A DNA stretch of 64,000 nucleotides from Octopus sinensis (Eukaryota). The notes beneath the pieces are model-generated. The model saw nothing but the letters and a program-made list of their open reading frames with translations. It searched no databases and was not told the origin of the DNA. The position numbers and the translations under genes were made by a program. Below, piece after piece: positions 39,738 through 54,068 of this stretch. The DNA lies in NCBI RefSeq assembly GCF_006345805.1, contig NC_043000.1:65286001-65350000 (forward strand), in the 5' to 3' direction. Positions within the stretch are counted from its first letter, which is position 1. Each line of letters begins with the position of its first letter.

Positions 39738-42700
39738 GGGTTGGACAAAATAATGGAAACACTCGTACAAAGTTTGAATTGTTTCCAAAGGAATTTTTGT
39801 GCATTCTTCAGTTAAAACAGTCTCCAGTTCTTGTTGTGATGATAGTTTTTCTAAAATGCACCATAAATGTTCAATAATATTGAGATCTGGGGACTCTGAT
39901 GGCCAGATATGATGTTCAACTTCACTAGAATGTTCCTCATGCCATTCAGTAACAACTTTAGCTGTGTGAATTGCTGCATTATCATCCTGAAAAATTGCGT
40001 TTCCCTTCGGAAAAAGTTCCACAAACATAGGATGAATTTAATCAGATAAAATGCTTAGTCTTGACTATTAATTCTACCATGATTGGAAGCCATTGGGCCG
40101 GCAGATTTCCAAGATATATCCCCCTCAGATCATCACAGATCCTCCTCCATGTTTAACAGTTAAAAGAAGGCAGTCTGGGTCAAATGCTTCTTTTGGGTGT
40201 CTGTACACATATACTCAACTGGAAACAGGGTAAAAGATGACTCATCCAAAGAAATAACATTCTTCCACTGCTCTAGGGACAAATTCTGTAGGTGTTTACT
40301 ATAATCTAAATGCTTTGCAATGTTTGTATTTGAAAATAGTGGTTTTCTGTTTGCAGCCTTCCCATGAAATCCAGCTTTGTGCAGCTCCCAGCGAACAGTT
40401 TTTGTGGAAACTGGGTTCTCAAGGTGGTCATTAAGCTCTGCAGTCATTTTGGGAGCTGTATTTTTGTGATCCTTTCTAACAATTCATGTAAGAGTCCGAC
40501 AGGCCCTATCTGAAAGTTTTGGTTTTCTTCCTGATTGCAGCCATCCTGAGAAATTCGGCTTTGTGCAACTCCCAGCGAACAATCTTTGTGGAAACTGGGT
40601 TCTCGAGGTGGTTATTAAGCTCTGCAGTAATTTTGGGAGTTGTACTTTTGTGATCCTTTCTAACAATTCACATAAGAGTCCAACAGTCCCTAACTGAAAG
40701 TTTTGGTTTTCTTCCGGAGTTTTGTTTTAACGAAGAGGTTTTTCCCTCTTTCTCAAAGGCTGTCATTACTTTCAAGATGGTACTTCTTGATACTCCAAAC
40801 ATTTTGGCTGCTTTCATTACACTAGCACCTGCCATACAAGCAACAACAATTTGACCTCTTTGAAGGTCCAACAGATCTGTCATTTGAATGAATTTTAATT
40901 ACCTTTTACTGATGATATCTGGAAAGAAATAGCAATTTTAGCAAAACATATTAAGCAACACTTATAATAATCAAAAAATATAAAAACAAACAAGCTTTTG
41001 ATGGTTTTATAGATATTTCAGAATTATGATTCTAGGTGTTTCCATTATTTTGTCCAACCACTGAATGTGTGTATGTATATATATATATATATACTCTTTT
41101 ACTTGTTTCAGTCATTTGACTGCGGCCATGCTGGAGCACCGCCTTTAGTCGAGCACATCGACCCCGGGGCTTATTCTTTGTATGTCCAGTACTTATTCTA
41201 TCGGTCTCTTTTGCCGAACCGCTAGGTGACGGGGACATAAACACACCAGCATCGGTTGTCAAGCAATGCTAGGGGGACAAACACAGACACACAAACATAC
41301 ATGCACACACATATATATATATACATATATACGACGGGCTTCTTTCAGTTTCCGTCTACCAAATTCACTCACAAGGCTTTGGTCGGCCCGAGGCTATAGT
41401 AGAAGACACTTGCCCAAGGTGCCATGCAGTGGGACTGAACCCGGAACCATGTGGTTGGTAAGCAAGCTACTTACCACACAGCCACTCCTGCACCTATATA
41501 TATATAGGATAACAATACTGATATCTGAGTTGTCCTATTACTTTTATTTAAAAAAGCCAATTGCTACAGACAATAACTTAATAAATACACCAAAAGAACA
41601 TGATGAGACCTGCAAACATTTGTCAGTGTAGTAAAAATTTATAGACGTACCCTGCAAAACCTGATGTCATTTCATGCAGAAGTGTTAGCACAGCATCTCC
41701 AATACATTTTCCCTGCAATAAAAATCATTGTTTTAATGAAAGAAATACAACAGAAATGTTTCTAGCTATACTGTATTTCCAATGATTTGGAATCAAAGGG
41801 GTCCATAAGTAAAAAAAAAAATGGTTGAGAAACACTGAACTAAACCATCTGAAAATTTCTAGGGAAAATGAACAAATTTTCCATTTCATTCTTCATATCT
41901 ATAGGAAGATTTGAGTTCAGCACTGCACACTAATGAACCAATTACCAATTCTGCATACACTGTCCGCAGTTGTGAACTATACCAGTCACACTGAGCGTTT
42001 TTATAGCTTTGGTTTGATGGGTCGTTGAATATTAAAATCTGTATTCTAGGAAGAAATTTCAGTATAAGGTGGCAGCACACAGATTGTCAAGTCTTCATCT
42101 ATTTTAGCCCTCTTATGATTACTAAGTTATTGAGGCAAATTAGAATTTGGCTTTTTTTTTTTTTTTTGGAAAAACAGTTTGTTTATTCAAAGTGTTGCAT
42201 TTGAAAAGATTCACACAGATACAAAAAAACAAGAAAAGAAGAGAGATGAGAAAGGAAAAGAAAAAAGTATGGGGTACAAAGCTGCCGAAGATGGAGGAGG
42301 AGGAGTAGTGATGGGTCACATATCCCAGAACAAGTGGGGTGCTCAACCATGCCCCGTAGTAATGACTATGAAGGCATTGGCAAGGAGAATGGCTAGTGCC
42401 ATTCACTGTAGTAGCCACTCCACCTTGAGGGGACACTACCAACATATAGTGAAATGTGAAGTCAATAAAGTAACTTCTAATCCATAAAATTTACTTATAA
42501 TGTAATCCTTTATAGACAAGTGGCCGAAACACTTAAATCTGCTGCTGCCGTTGTTGCCCTATAATATTCATACAGATTAACAGACATAGGCATGTGGAAA
42601 CAAGAAGTTGTGATGTTCATGTATCCTCTTAAGGCATTAAAAAAGAGTGAGGGGTGGATCCAATTGGATATTGAAAAATTATGTCACATCACAAAAAAAT

Positions 42701-45700
42701 TTTGTTTTCAATGAAGTTTTCTAGAGTTTTAAACTGTTAATCATCATCATCTTCACCATCGTTATTATTTAGTGTCCGTTTTCCATGCTGGCATGGGTTG
42801 GACAGTTTGACCAGAGCTAGCAAGCCAGAGAGCTGCACCAATTTCCAGCCTGATTTGGCTTGGTTTCTATGGCTGAATGCTTCCTAACACAACCATTTTA
42901 TATGTGTGTTGGGTGCTTTTAATGTGGAACTGGCACAAGTGCTACATGAAAGCTTTTTACATGGCACCAACACAGGACTCTTGCAGAGTCCAATACTCTT
43001 CATCAGGAAGTGCAGCATTTTCTTTATCTACTGAGAAAAAAAAGTAAACCTTAAAAATAAAAAAAAACCTACAACATATTGTAAGTGCTAATCCAAGAAA
43101 GAAAAGAGAAACAAGTGGAAGCAATGTAACCTATTGCTTGCAAAGTGAGTGTATTACCAGTTACACTAGAGTGCCAACCATACCATCTCCTCAAAATAGC
43201 AGTCACGAATAACAGTATTTAGTTTAACTCCATTCTAACTTCACAAAATAATATGATACTATGATAAACACATGACTCTAGTCCAATCAGTAAGATTTCT
43301 CTTTTCTGCCTTAAATTAATTTTAATGATGTCTCATATCATTTTACATTAAATCTTAGCAGTTAATTCTTAATTAAAGTAAAAACATACAGATGTAGATG
43401 AAAGACTCTACTCAATTAGAATCTTAGATTTTTTTATTCTTCAGGTCACATCAAGGTTCTATTTTGTACTTCTTCATTAAGTTAATTTGTGGACTACATA
43501 CCTCTTGATAAAAATAATCAAGATGTTTAATGATAGTATTAATGAAAAAATGCAGCTTAGTAAAACTTACATTGTTAATTGAGTTTGAAATTGAAGCAAG
43601 AATCTCAAATGTCTTTATTGTTGGTTGTAAATAAAACCATAACTTCTGGAGTGCTAACCGACCCTGCAACAGAACAAATATCAAATATCAAAGGTTTAAT
43701 AGTTTAACTATTTTATTAGTCACACACAAGAAAAGAAGCATAAACAGTGATTTAATCAGTAAAAAAAAAATATTATGGGTGTCATAATTTTACTGACATT
43801 GTTATTTTATGAATGCACTCTCTCCATGTCTTCCCATACCTATCATAGCACCTCCAGTCACTCCAATTTCACATCTCATCACTTGCTACAGTCATCCCTT
43901 CCCTATTTCTAAACATCTCCCCTCACACCCTTATGAAACATTCCCCTCTATAACACTTACATTCACCCCTCATTGCAGGTCCCAAAACATCTCCAACACC
44001 ATCTATTTCTCTCTTACTTTGCCTGTCTGTCTATCTTTCCCTCTAATTATCTCTCTTCTCCTAGTAAGACACCTATCTCTATCTCTCTATTATAACTGCT
44101 CAACTGGCACAAAGCTATCTTCCCCTCCCAGCCAAGAGGTCTTTGTCTTACAAGTTACTTGGCGACTCTCCCAATGCTGGTGCCACATAAAATGCACCCT
44201 GAACACTCTGTAAAGTAGTTGGCATTAAGAAAGGCATCCAGCCATAGAAATCATGCCAAAGCAGGTGTCTAGGACAGTTCTCTGGCTTGCCAGTTCCTGT
44301 CAAACCATCCAACCAACACCAGCATGGAAAACGGATGCTAACTGATGATGATTCTACTAAGAATCTCTGTTGAGTGATATCAGCTTATTAGCCTCAACTA
44401 CAACACTGCTATGTTTCAGAAACAACATCTATTTACCAACATTAATGACACAAGTTACAAAGTTCTCAAATTTCACAAAAAAAAAAAAAAGAAGCAAAAT
44501 ACTTCTGATTACAGCTAAATTACATTCAGGATGTAAATTGTGATCATAATAATTGTCATTTTAGGAAAAATCATTGAACTAAGATTGGTCAAAATAATGA
44601 TTTTCCATCCGATCCTTGAAAATGCTACTTCTACAAACAAATAATTTACAAAGTTTTGCAGTGGAGTAACACTAACTTTGTAGTTGCATGTACAACTTGA
44701 GATATTCCACTGGCCCACACAGTCCCTTCAAGGGATTGTGTGGATCTTTACTGAGGGCTCCAGATGATAAGTACATTTACTTTAATAAAATTAGTGCTCA
44801 GAGTAAAACCCATCAGCTTACAAATAAAAAACTTAAAATGCTGGAATAAACATCATAAAGCATCTTACACGAAACACAATGTTTGACACAAGAATTTACA
44901 AATCAATCTATAACAAATACGCCTAAACTAATCAGAATCTTTTTATCACCTTCACGTTATACCCTATTATTTCAGCAATCTGCTTCAATTTAACACAACT
45001 GCTGCCATTTTTGACAATTGATAATGAGGATGATTGCTTACATTGGCAAATAGGAGGAGAAACAGTAACATATATTCTGTGGCATTATCCTGTTTTGATA
45101 CAGTTTTAGTCAGTACTAGTAACTGATTTCTGATTTTAGCTAAGCAGATAACCTAAAACAATTGACCGACATTGGCTAGATGTCAAGGAAATTTAACTGT
45201 AGCTGTCACTATGGACAAGCATGACAGGAAACAGATGTTAATCCATGAACCAATGAAAGAGCTTCTATGTAGTTGCTCATCTTTTGAAGAAACAGCATCC
45301 AAATCTGTCAAGGCACACCATATCATTTTAAAAAGGAAGGGCACATTGGATAATGTTGTTGTAGATGCTACTAAAATGACAGAACAGTCATAGTTGGAAT
45401 GCAAGTGCTTTAGTCTGGAGTAGTGACTCTCTCAACCATGTTTTGCCTATGAACTCCTTTGACTCCCATTTTACTCTAAAGGACCTCCATAGTCACTTGA
45501 TGTATATAAAAAAAAAATTCCTACTGTATATTTATTCTTAAATATTATTAGGAATTATTTTCAAAAAATTAAAATATTGTAGAAGTATAAGCAATTTATT
45601 ACACATAAATTTTAACAACAAAGTCTTATATGAACCCCCCCCCCCGACCATATGGACCTTGATTGAGAACAACTGGTCTAAGTATTACCCAGAAGGATCA

Positions 45701-47267
45701 ACAACACATTTTTTAGGAATATCTTTACTCATAACATTGGGGTTAAATAAGAAACAAGAAATCATTGCTCCTGAAAGACAAGAAGTTGAATGACTGAACA
45801 TATGTGGTGCTACATATGTAGACAATAAGTTCAAAATATGTCAGAACCGTAGCATTATGTCCTTATTTTATACTTCACTTACTTAACATGGCAAAAACTA
45901 CATCTCCAAAATTATTCTCCCTCCTCATCTCCACTTACTGACTTCCTAATTAGACTCACAATGGAGGACTTCTATAGCTGAGACACTGCTACTGACACAC
46001 ACACAAAGGGCAGTTCAATTGATTGGCAACAATCCACTAACCAATACACCACAGCCTTTGGCCTAGTCATGCTGTCTCAGTCTTTTTATTTTATCATTAC
46101 TCAACAGTCTTTGCTCCTCTGAACCAGTTAGTGTCATACCACTCCACCCAAGCTTACTTGATACACTACTCTTTCTCTCATTATCCTTATACTATGTCTC
46201 AATCCTAGCCACCACCACCTCACAAGCCCCAATATCCAATTGTTCTTCCCTGTCCATGATTTTTCTGCAGACATTAACAAAGGTCACCTGAATATCAACT
46301 GAAACAGGTTCACCAAATGCAGAACAGCATGGGTTATAGACACTGCTCCTTCTTTGTGACTGAACCATATAAAAACATTAAAAACATTTAAGTTAATAAA
46401 ATCATGGTACAAACTTCTTTAACCCTTTAACATTCAGGTTCTTCTGTCAAATGCAATGCTTATTTTGCGATTTTGATGGTGTAATTGTTTCTTTTTAGAA
46501 TGACATAGTAGGGTAGGTGTGAAATGACAGATCTAGGCACTTAACATTAAACAGATGAAACATATGGGCTAGATATGGTTAAACACAAGCTTATATTGTA
46601 TCACAGTAATATGTATTGTAAGTTTCAAACAAGCACTAGTAACAATTGTCAAGTAAGTTACAATCAAACAGTAATTGATTTAATTACAATGTTACTAAAC
46701 ACGTGAGTACAGAGTATATGTTTATAAAATACTTTTTATCAACAAAATAAAATAAATGAAAAAACTTTTACTAACTGAAAACATTCTGAAATAGAAAACT
46801 ACTAAAACATGAAGATGTACAAACCTGGCGGTTTTCATGCTCCAGCTGGGCCACAAGGATATTATAATCCTGAAATAAAGAAGACAAATTAGCACCAAGA
46901 TTTCACACTGAAGGAAGATCATTTAGAGAAGACTGAGATCAAATGTATATATAATTATGATGGGCAGGACCTAACCACATATAAGACCAGGTATTAGTTA
47001 ATATTTTTTAAAACGATGATACAAACTTCTTTAACTCTTTTACTTATTTCAGTCATTTTGACTGTGGCCTTGCTGGAGCACAGCCTTTAGTTGAACAAAT
47101 CGACCCCAGGACTTTTCTTTAAGCCTAGTACTTATTCTATTAGTCAAGTACATTTTCTATCTTAGCAGTTTGCTGAACCGCTAAGCTTCAGGAACGTAAA
47201 TACACCAGCACTGGTTGTCAAGTGATGTCAGGATGACAAACACAGACACACAAATACATACATACAC

Positions 47268-47300
<33 letters not shown>

Positions 47301-48917
47301 ACGGTCTGCTTTCAGTTTCCATCTACCAAATCCACTCACAAGGCTTTAGTCGGCCCGAGGCTATAGTAGAAGACACTTGCCCAAGGTGCCACGCAGTGGG
47401 ACTGAACGCGGACCACATGGTTGGGAAGCAAGCTTCTTACCACACAGCCACTCCTGTGCCTATATATATATATATATTATGTTAGTGAATTAAAGATCCC
47501 TACTTTTAAAACCCAAATATGAACATGATTTTAAACATTTAGTAAAGCACTCACCAATTAAATAAATCTATGATAAAAGTGATTAGAGTGTCGAGCTCAC
47601 GATCATGAGAGCTGTGTGTTTGTTCTTGAGCAAGACACTTTATTTCACATTGCTCCACTTCACTCAGCTGTAGAAATGAGATGCAACATCACTGGTGCCA
47701 AACTCTATTGGCATTTGCCTTGCCCTTGGATAACATCGGTAGCATGGGGAAGGGAGGCTGGTATGCATGGGCAACTGCTGGTCTTCCATAAACAACTTTG
47801 CCCAAGTTTGTGTCTCGGAGGGAAACTTTCTAGGTGCAATCCCATGGTCATTCATGATCAAAGGGAGTCTTTTTTTTTTACTTTATAAAATAACTTCCAC
47901 CTGCAATCACCTCATCCTTAATATTAGCATACTATATCCCAGACTATACATTCCAGTATGGCCACCCAACATTTAACATAGTGAGATGTGATTTTAAGCA
48001 AACTTGGTTGCTATTTCTAGTAGGCCAAAAGACTCAGTAGTTCAAGTTATGCAAGGATAGCTACATTACTCTTTTACTTGTTTCAGTCATTTGACTGGGG
48101 CCATGCTGGAGCACCACCTTTAGTCGAGCAAATCAACCCCAGGACTTATTCTTTGTAAGCCTAGTACTTATTCTATCGGTCTCTTTTGCCGAACCACTAA
48201 GTTACAGGTATGTAAACACACCAGCATCGGTTGTCAAGCGATTTTGGGGGGACAAACACAAACACACACACACACACATATATATATATATGACGCGCAC
48301 TCTTACTCTTTACTTGACATTTTCTCCCTGCCTGTCTGTCTTCCTCTCTACTTGTCTCTCTCCTTCTTATTTTTCACCTTTTGGTTTCTTTCCCCCCCCC
48401 TCTCTCTCTCTCCTCCTCCTCCTCTCTCTGGCTTTGACCAGAGCGCTACTAAAAACTTTCTTTCAGCTCCGTGCCTTCAACAAACATAGATCGACTTCCC
48501 TGTCTTTCACAAGCCAATTTTTCACATGCGTTCTAACTAATTTTTCCACCATCTAGGCCTAAAAAAGCCCTTATTGTTGGTTCCCTGTCCTGTAATTCCT
48601 TATTTGAATTGTTTTTTCTACTGTTTTTTCTTCATTTGTATTGCTTTTACGTCCTGTTCTTGTCACTTGTTTTACCCCTCTGCAAAAGAATTTTATTTAA
48701 TTACTTTAGCAGGAAGGACTGCTTTGGCCTGGCTGTGTTCTGCCCTTACCTTCGAAACACGCATTGAGTTGAACCAGGGGCAGCTGATGAAGGGGAATTT
48801 TCCTTGTATCGTTTGTCCTGTACTCTGTTTTTTCATTGTTAAAAAAAGTCTGTTTCCTTGTTTGACTTTATGTTTTCGTTTCTCGTTGTGTTCTACATTT
48901 ATTTGTGGTGTCCTGTA

Positions 48918-48973
<56 letters not shown>

Positions 48974-51900
48974 TATATAGAACGGGCTTCTTTCAGTTTC
49001 TGTCTACCAGATCCACTCACAAGGCTTTAGTCAGCCCGAGGCTATAGTAGAAGACACTTGCCCAAGGTGCCACGCAGTGGGACTGAACCAGGAACCACAT
49101 GGTTTGTAAGCAAGCTACTAATCACACAGCCACTCCTACGCCTGAGTAGAGATCTTTGTCTAACAAGCAGCTAGTATTCATGCTACAATAAAGCAAACAT
49201 AGTTGCCGTTCTCTAATTGTGGAGAGAACGTGAGGAAGGGTAGACCCAGGAAGACATGGGACAAAGTGGCGAGAAAGGATCTTCAGACACTGTGCCTCAC
49301 AGAGGAAATGACAAGCGACCAGGACTTATGGTGCTTTGCTGTACTTGAGAAGACACATTAAGCTAAGTAAAATCGAGGCCATCCATACATACAGGCATGT
49401 CCCTTATGGCCATGCCGCCCACTCCCTCTCCTTGGTGCTGGTGCCATGCAGAATGCACTTGTGCCAGTGCAATGTAAGATGCACTTATGCCAGTACCACA
49501 TAAAATTCACCCAGCACACTGTAAAGTGGTTGGTGTTAGGAAGGGCATCCAGCTGTAGAAACCATGCCAGAACAGGCAATTGGAGCCAGGACAGCTCTCT
49601 GGCTGGCCCCAGTCCTGTGTCAAACCGTCCAATCCATATCAGCACAGAAAATGAACATTAAACAATGATGATGAAACCAAATTTATATTTTATTCTTCTA
49701 ATTCAAGGAAATCAACAAAACAGAATATACAGTTGAAATAATTTATTCATACTTACTTTTATTAATGACCGCATAGCGGCAGCCAACGCCTGGTTCACTA
49801 AACCATATTCATATGCTGATTTCTCTTTAAAAATAAAAAGAAAAGAAACTTTAACAATGTATAAATAAACTGATTTTCAAACAATGAATAAAAACTTCAT
49901 TAAATGTAAATGGTTATTGTTGTTTGAATAAATAAGGTAACTTAATTAACGATTCAACTTTCAGCTTCAATAGTCAATCATATTTTATGCATATAAGGCA
50001 CCAAAAATGTTCATGGAAAACTATTTTTTTTGTTTTCCCACCTGCATCTTTACTTTCTTCACTCGTTCAAAATATAAAATAATGTCACTACTTAAACAGT
50101 GTCAATGTTTATGATTGCCTTTAATACATATCTGGCTGTTGTGTGATTTGTTGTATTCGGTTGTCTGGAAAGTTTGTGCCGATTTATAGTAGCTTACCTT
50201 TCGACTTATTTTAGAACACAGTTGAGTCCATAAAACAGGATTTGACTATACCTCCATTTAGAGCACAGTTTAAGCTTTTTTTTCATGGAAGAATGATTAT
50301 GTTCCTATAACCTGTGTTAATTGTGTAACCCTTCAAAATGGAAGATAAGAAAGTTCCTTTTTGGCACTTGATGCTTTGGGAACCAGACATAAATTGCTGC
50401 AGCTCAGCTGGGATGTGTTACCCCACCCTCCATATTCATCAGATATTGCTCCTCCGGACTGCCACTTATTCAGGTCTCTGCAGAATAGTCTTAATGGTAA
50501 AAATCTCAATTCCTTGGATGACGTAAAAAGATACCTTGATGAATTCTTAGCCATGAAACCACCTCAATTCTGGGAAGAGAGTATTTGCAAGTTAAAGGAA
50601 AGATGGAGATACATTGTACAACAAAATGGTTCATATTTGGGTGATTAAAAATGTAATGGCAAGTATTTATTGACCTTTTTTGTTCCTTTAAAAATCGGCA
50701 TGAACTTTCCGGATAACCCAATATAAAGATCAGGGGAATAAGTACTTCACTTGGAAACAAGTAAATGTTGTGAAAGGATCAGCATACTGCTTCAACAAAG
50801 TCTTGTCCAACTCATCCCAGCATGGAAAAAACAGATGTAAAAATGATGGTGATGATGCTGGTCTCACTTCAAGTAATATAAGCATAACACTTGACTGGTA
50901 ATTATTTTATCAATCGAGTAAAGTTGAAGCATAAACTCAAATTCAGTACAATTTGAATGTAAAGTGGTATAACTAAATGCTTGATTCTGCTAGTTCTACT
51001 GCATCTATGGATTTTAGAATGTTGATAGGTTAACAACTCTTTAAAATATCATTTTCCACAATAGTGGCACTCGGTTGGTTACAACAATGAAGATTCCAGA
51101 TGATCCGATCAACGGAACAGCCTACTCATGAAATTAACATGCAAGTGGCTGAGCACTCCACAGACACGTGTGCCTTTATTGTGGTTCACAAAGAGAGTCA
51201 ATGTGACACAGAGAATGACAAGGCTGACCCTTTGAAATACAGGCAGAACTCATTTTTGAAAGCTGAGTGAACTGGAGCAACATGAAATAAAGTATCTTGC
51301 TCAAGGACACAATGCATCGCTGGAAATTGAACTCACGACCTTACAATCATTAGCCAAATACCCTAACCACTTAACCACACATCTTCATGACACAATAGTA
51401 GCTACCAAATACTGTTCTTTAATGAAAAAATCAGTTCTTTACCTTCAATAAATCGAACAACTGTAGAATAATATGAACACAAAGGAAGAATTCGTTGTGT
51501 GAGCTCAGATAAAGAAGGATCTATAAAAAAAACAATAGAAACAATATTTTTAAAATCAAAATATTACAATTATCTTATGATGAAATATTCTCTCCCTCTC
51601 TCTCTCTAATTACAATAGATTTCACTCTTGGCAGTTTCGTCTTAATTTTACATTTTGCCAACTACCTTGAGTACTACAAGCCAATGATACTCCTAATTCC
51701 TCAATATTCAAGGTGCAGCTGTGTGGTAAGAAGCTTGCTTCCCAACCACATGGTTACAGGTTCAGTCCTACTGTGTAAGTGCCTTCTACTAAAGCCTCAA
51801 GCCTCATAAGTGAGTGTGGTAGACAGAAACCGAAAGAAGCCCATTATATATATATATATATATATACACATACATATTCATGTGTGTGTGTCTTTATGTC

Positions 51901-54019
51901 TATGTTTGTCCCACCACCACCACCACTTGATAACGCGTTGATGTGTTTACATGCCCATAACTTAGTGGTTCGGCAAAAGAAACCAATACAATAAGTACTA
52001 AGCTTTAAAAAAAGTCCTGGGGCCAATTTGTTCTGCTAAAACCCTTCAAGGTGGTGCCCCAGCATGGCTGCAGTCAGGTGACAGAAATATGTGAAAGATA
52101 AAAGAAAATATAAAAGATTCATTATTACACCATCTGATTGCACTTAGGTGTCAATTATGCCACTAATTACTGTTACCCATTTAACCCTGTATTTCTTCAG
52201 AAATATATGCATATGCTCTGTTCCATCACAGATATCAAAACAGTATATTTCTATAATAGATAACATTTAACCTCAGGCTTCCGTTAATTTTTTTTCAATG
52301 TAAATTGTTGTACAATTTATTTGAATTCTTTAAATATAATGTTCTAGTATGAAATCATTATTGAAATCTAAATTCTTTTCTTTTTCCATTTTTTTTAATG
52401 TATATTTAACACTAGCAGAGCTCTAAATATTGACAGAACACAAAAAATGAAGCCCAATGATATTTATTTGCTCCAAGATATCTGTATTTTCACAAACCAA
52501 ACATAACCCTATAAAAGCATTAAACATACCATAAAATAATACAAATGATTAGCAGAATATCTTTAATCATCTTATTTCCCTAAATTTATTTTAAAAAGTG
52601 TTCAACTCACCAAGGCTACTATCAACAATAAATTCTTTGTTGTCATACTTAGCCTTTAGAGGCTTTGGTAAAATGTAACTGCCTTCTACACCCTAAAAGT
52701 AAATGATAATTTTTTTTATTTGGATCCAATTAAAGAAAAATTAAAAACACTATAATTTCAATACAAATCACACAATTTCAAACATTAGAATAAGATTATT
52801 ATCTTTAGCTATTATAGATGATACATAACAAAAATGAGATTATTTTAGTTGTTGCACACCACACCAAAAATTAAAACATAAGGAACATTTGGAAAACTTA
52901 TATGGTAAAAAAAAAAATTATGTATATTGGACATTGACTTCAGGGGTAATTGCAGTTTAAAGTTCTTTCAAAATAATACAAAACCTGCCATCTAATACAT
53001 TTAAGGTATCAAAATTTTCACAAATTTTTCGTTTTAATAAACAAAGTAAGTAATTTCTTGTTGTTTTTTTTTTTTTTTTTTTTTTTACAAAATTCTTGAA
53101 AGTGCAGTTTTCAGCAAAGAACAGTCACAGCTTGCATGATTGACAGTCGAGATAAAGCAGGTGGATGTGATAGCAAATGGCTGTACTGCACTATCAGCAT
53201 ATTATTGCATTGTAAAATACATTTTTATTAAGTATTTAACAAACTTAATTCTGCAATATAATCAATATCAGAATATAATGATATTAAATCAAAAACTCTT
53301 TCCTTTACATACCTGTAAAAGGAAAAGTAGATCAGCAATAACCAACTTCTCTTGTTCACTAAGAGACAGGGTGCCAAGAACAGGAAGATGCTATAGGAGA
53401 AAATGAGAAATAGTATAGAAATAAAGAGGTAACTTTACAAACTGCATTCATGTAATTTAATAATAATATTAGATTAACTTAATAAAGGTGCAGGAGTGGC
53501 TGTGTGGTAAGTAGCTTACTAACCAACCACATGGTTCCGGGTTCAGTCCCACTGCGTGGCATCTTGGGCAAGTGTCTACTGCTATAGCTCCAGGCCGACC
53601 AATGCCTTGTGAGTGGATTTGGTAGACGGAAACAGAAAGAAGCCTGTCGTATATATGTATATATATATATATGTGTGTGTGTGTATGCGTTTGTGTGTCT
53701 GTGTTTGTCCCCCTAGCATTGCTTGACAACCAATGCTGGTGTGTTTACGTCCCCGTCACTTAGCGGTTCAGCAAAAGAGACCGATAGAATAAGTACTGGG
53801 CTTACAAACAATAAGTCCTGGGGTCGATTTGCTCGACTAAAAGGCGGTGCTCCAGCATGGCCGCAGTCAAATGACTGAAACAAGTAAAAGAGTAAAGAGT
53901 AAGAGTAAATAATTCAAATTTCAGAGTTATAATTTTTGGCATATGACTGATCTGAGATCAATGTGCTGAAACTGAAACAATGATTAGATCCTGAAAGAGA
54001 CATGATAGGTATTGAATAT

Positions 54020-54068
<49 letters not shown>

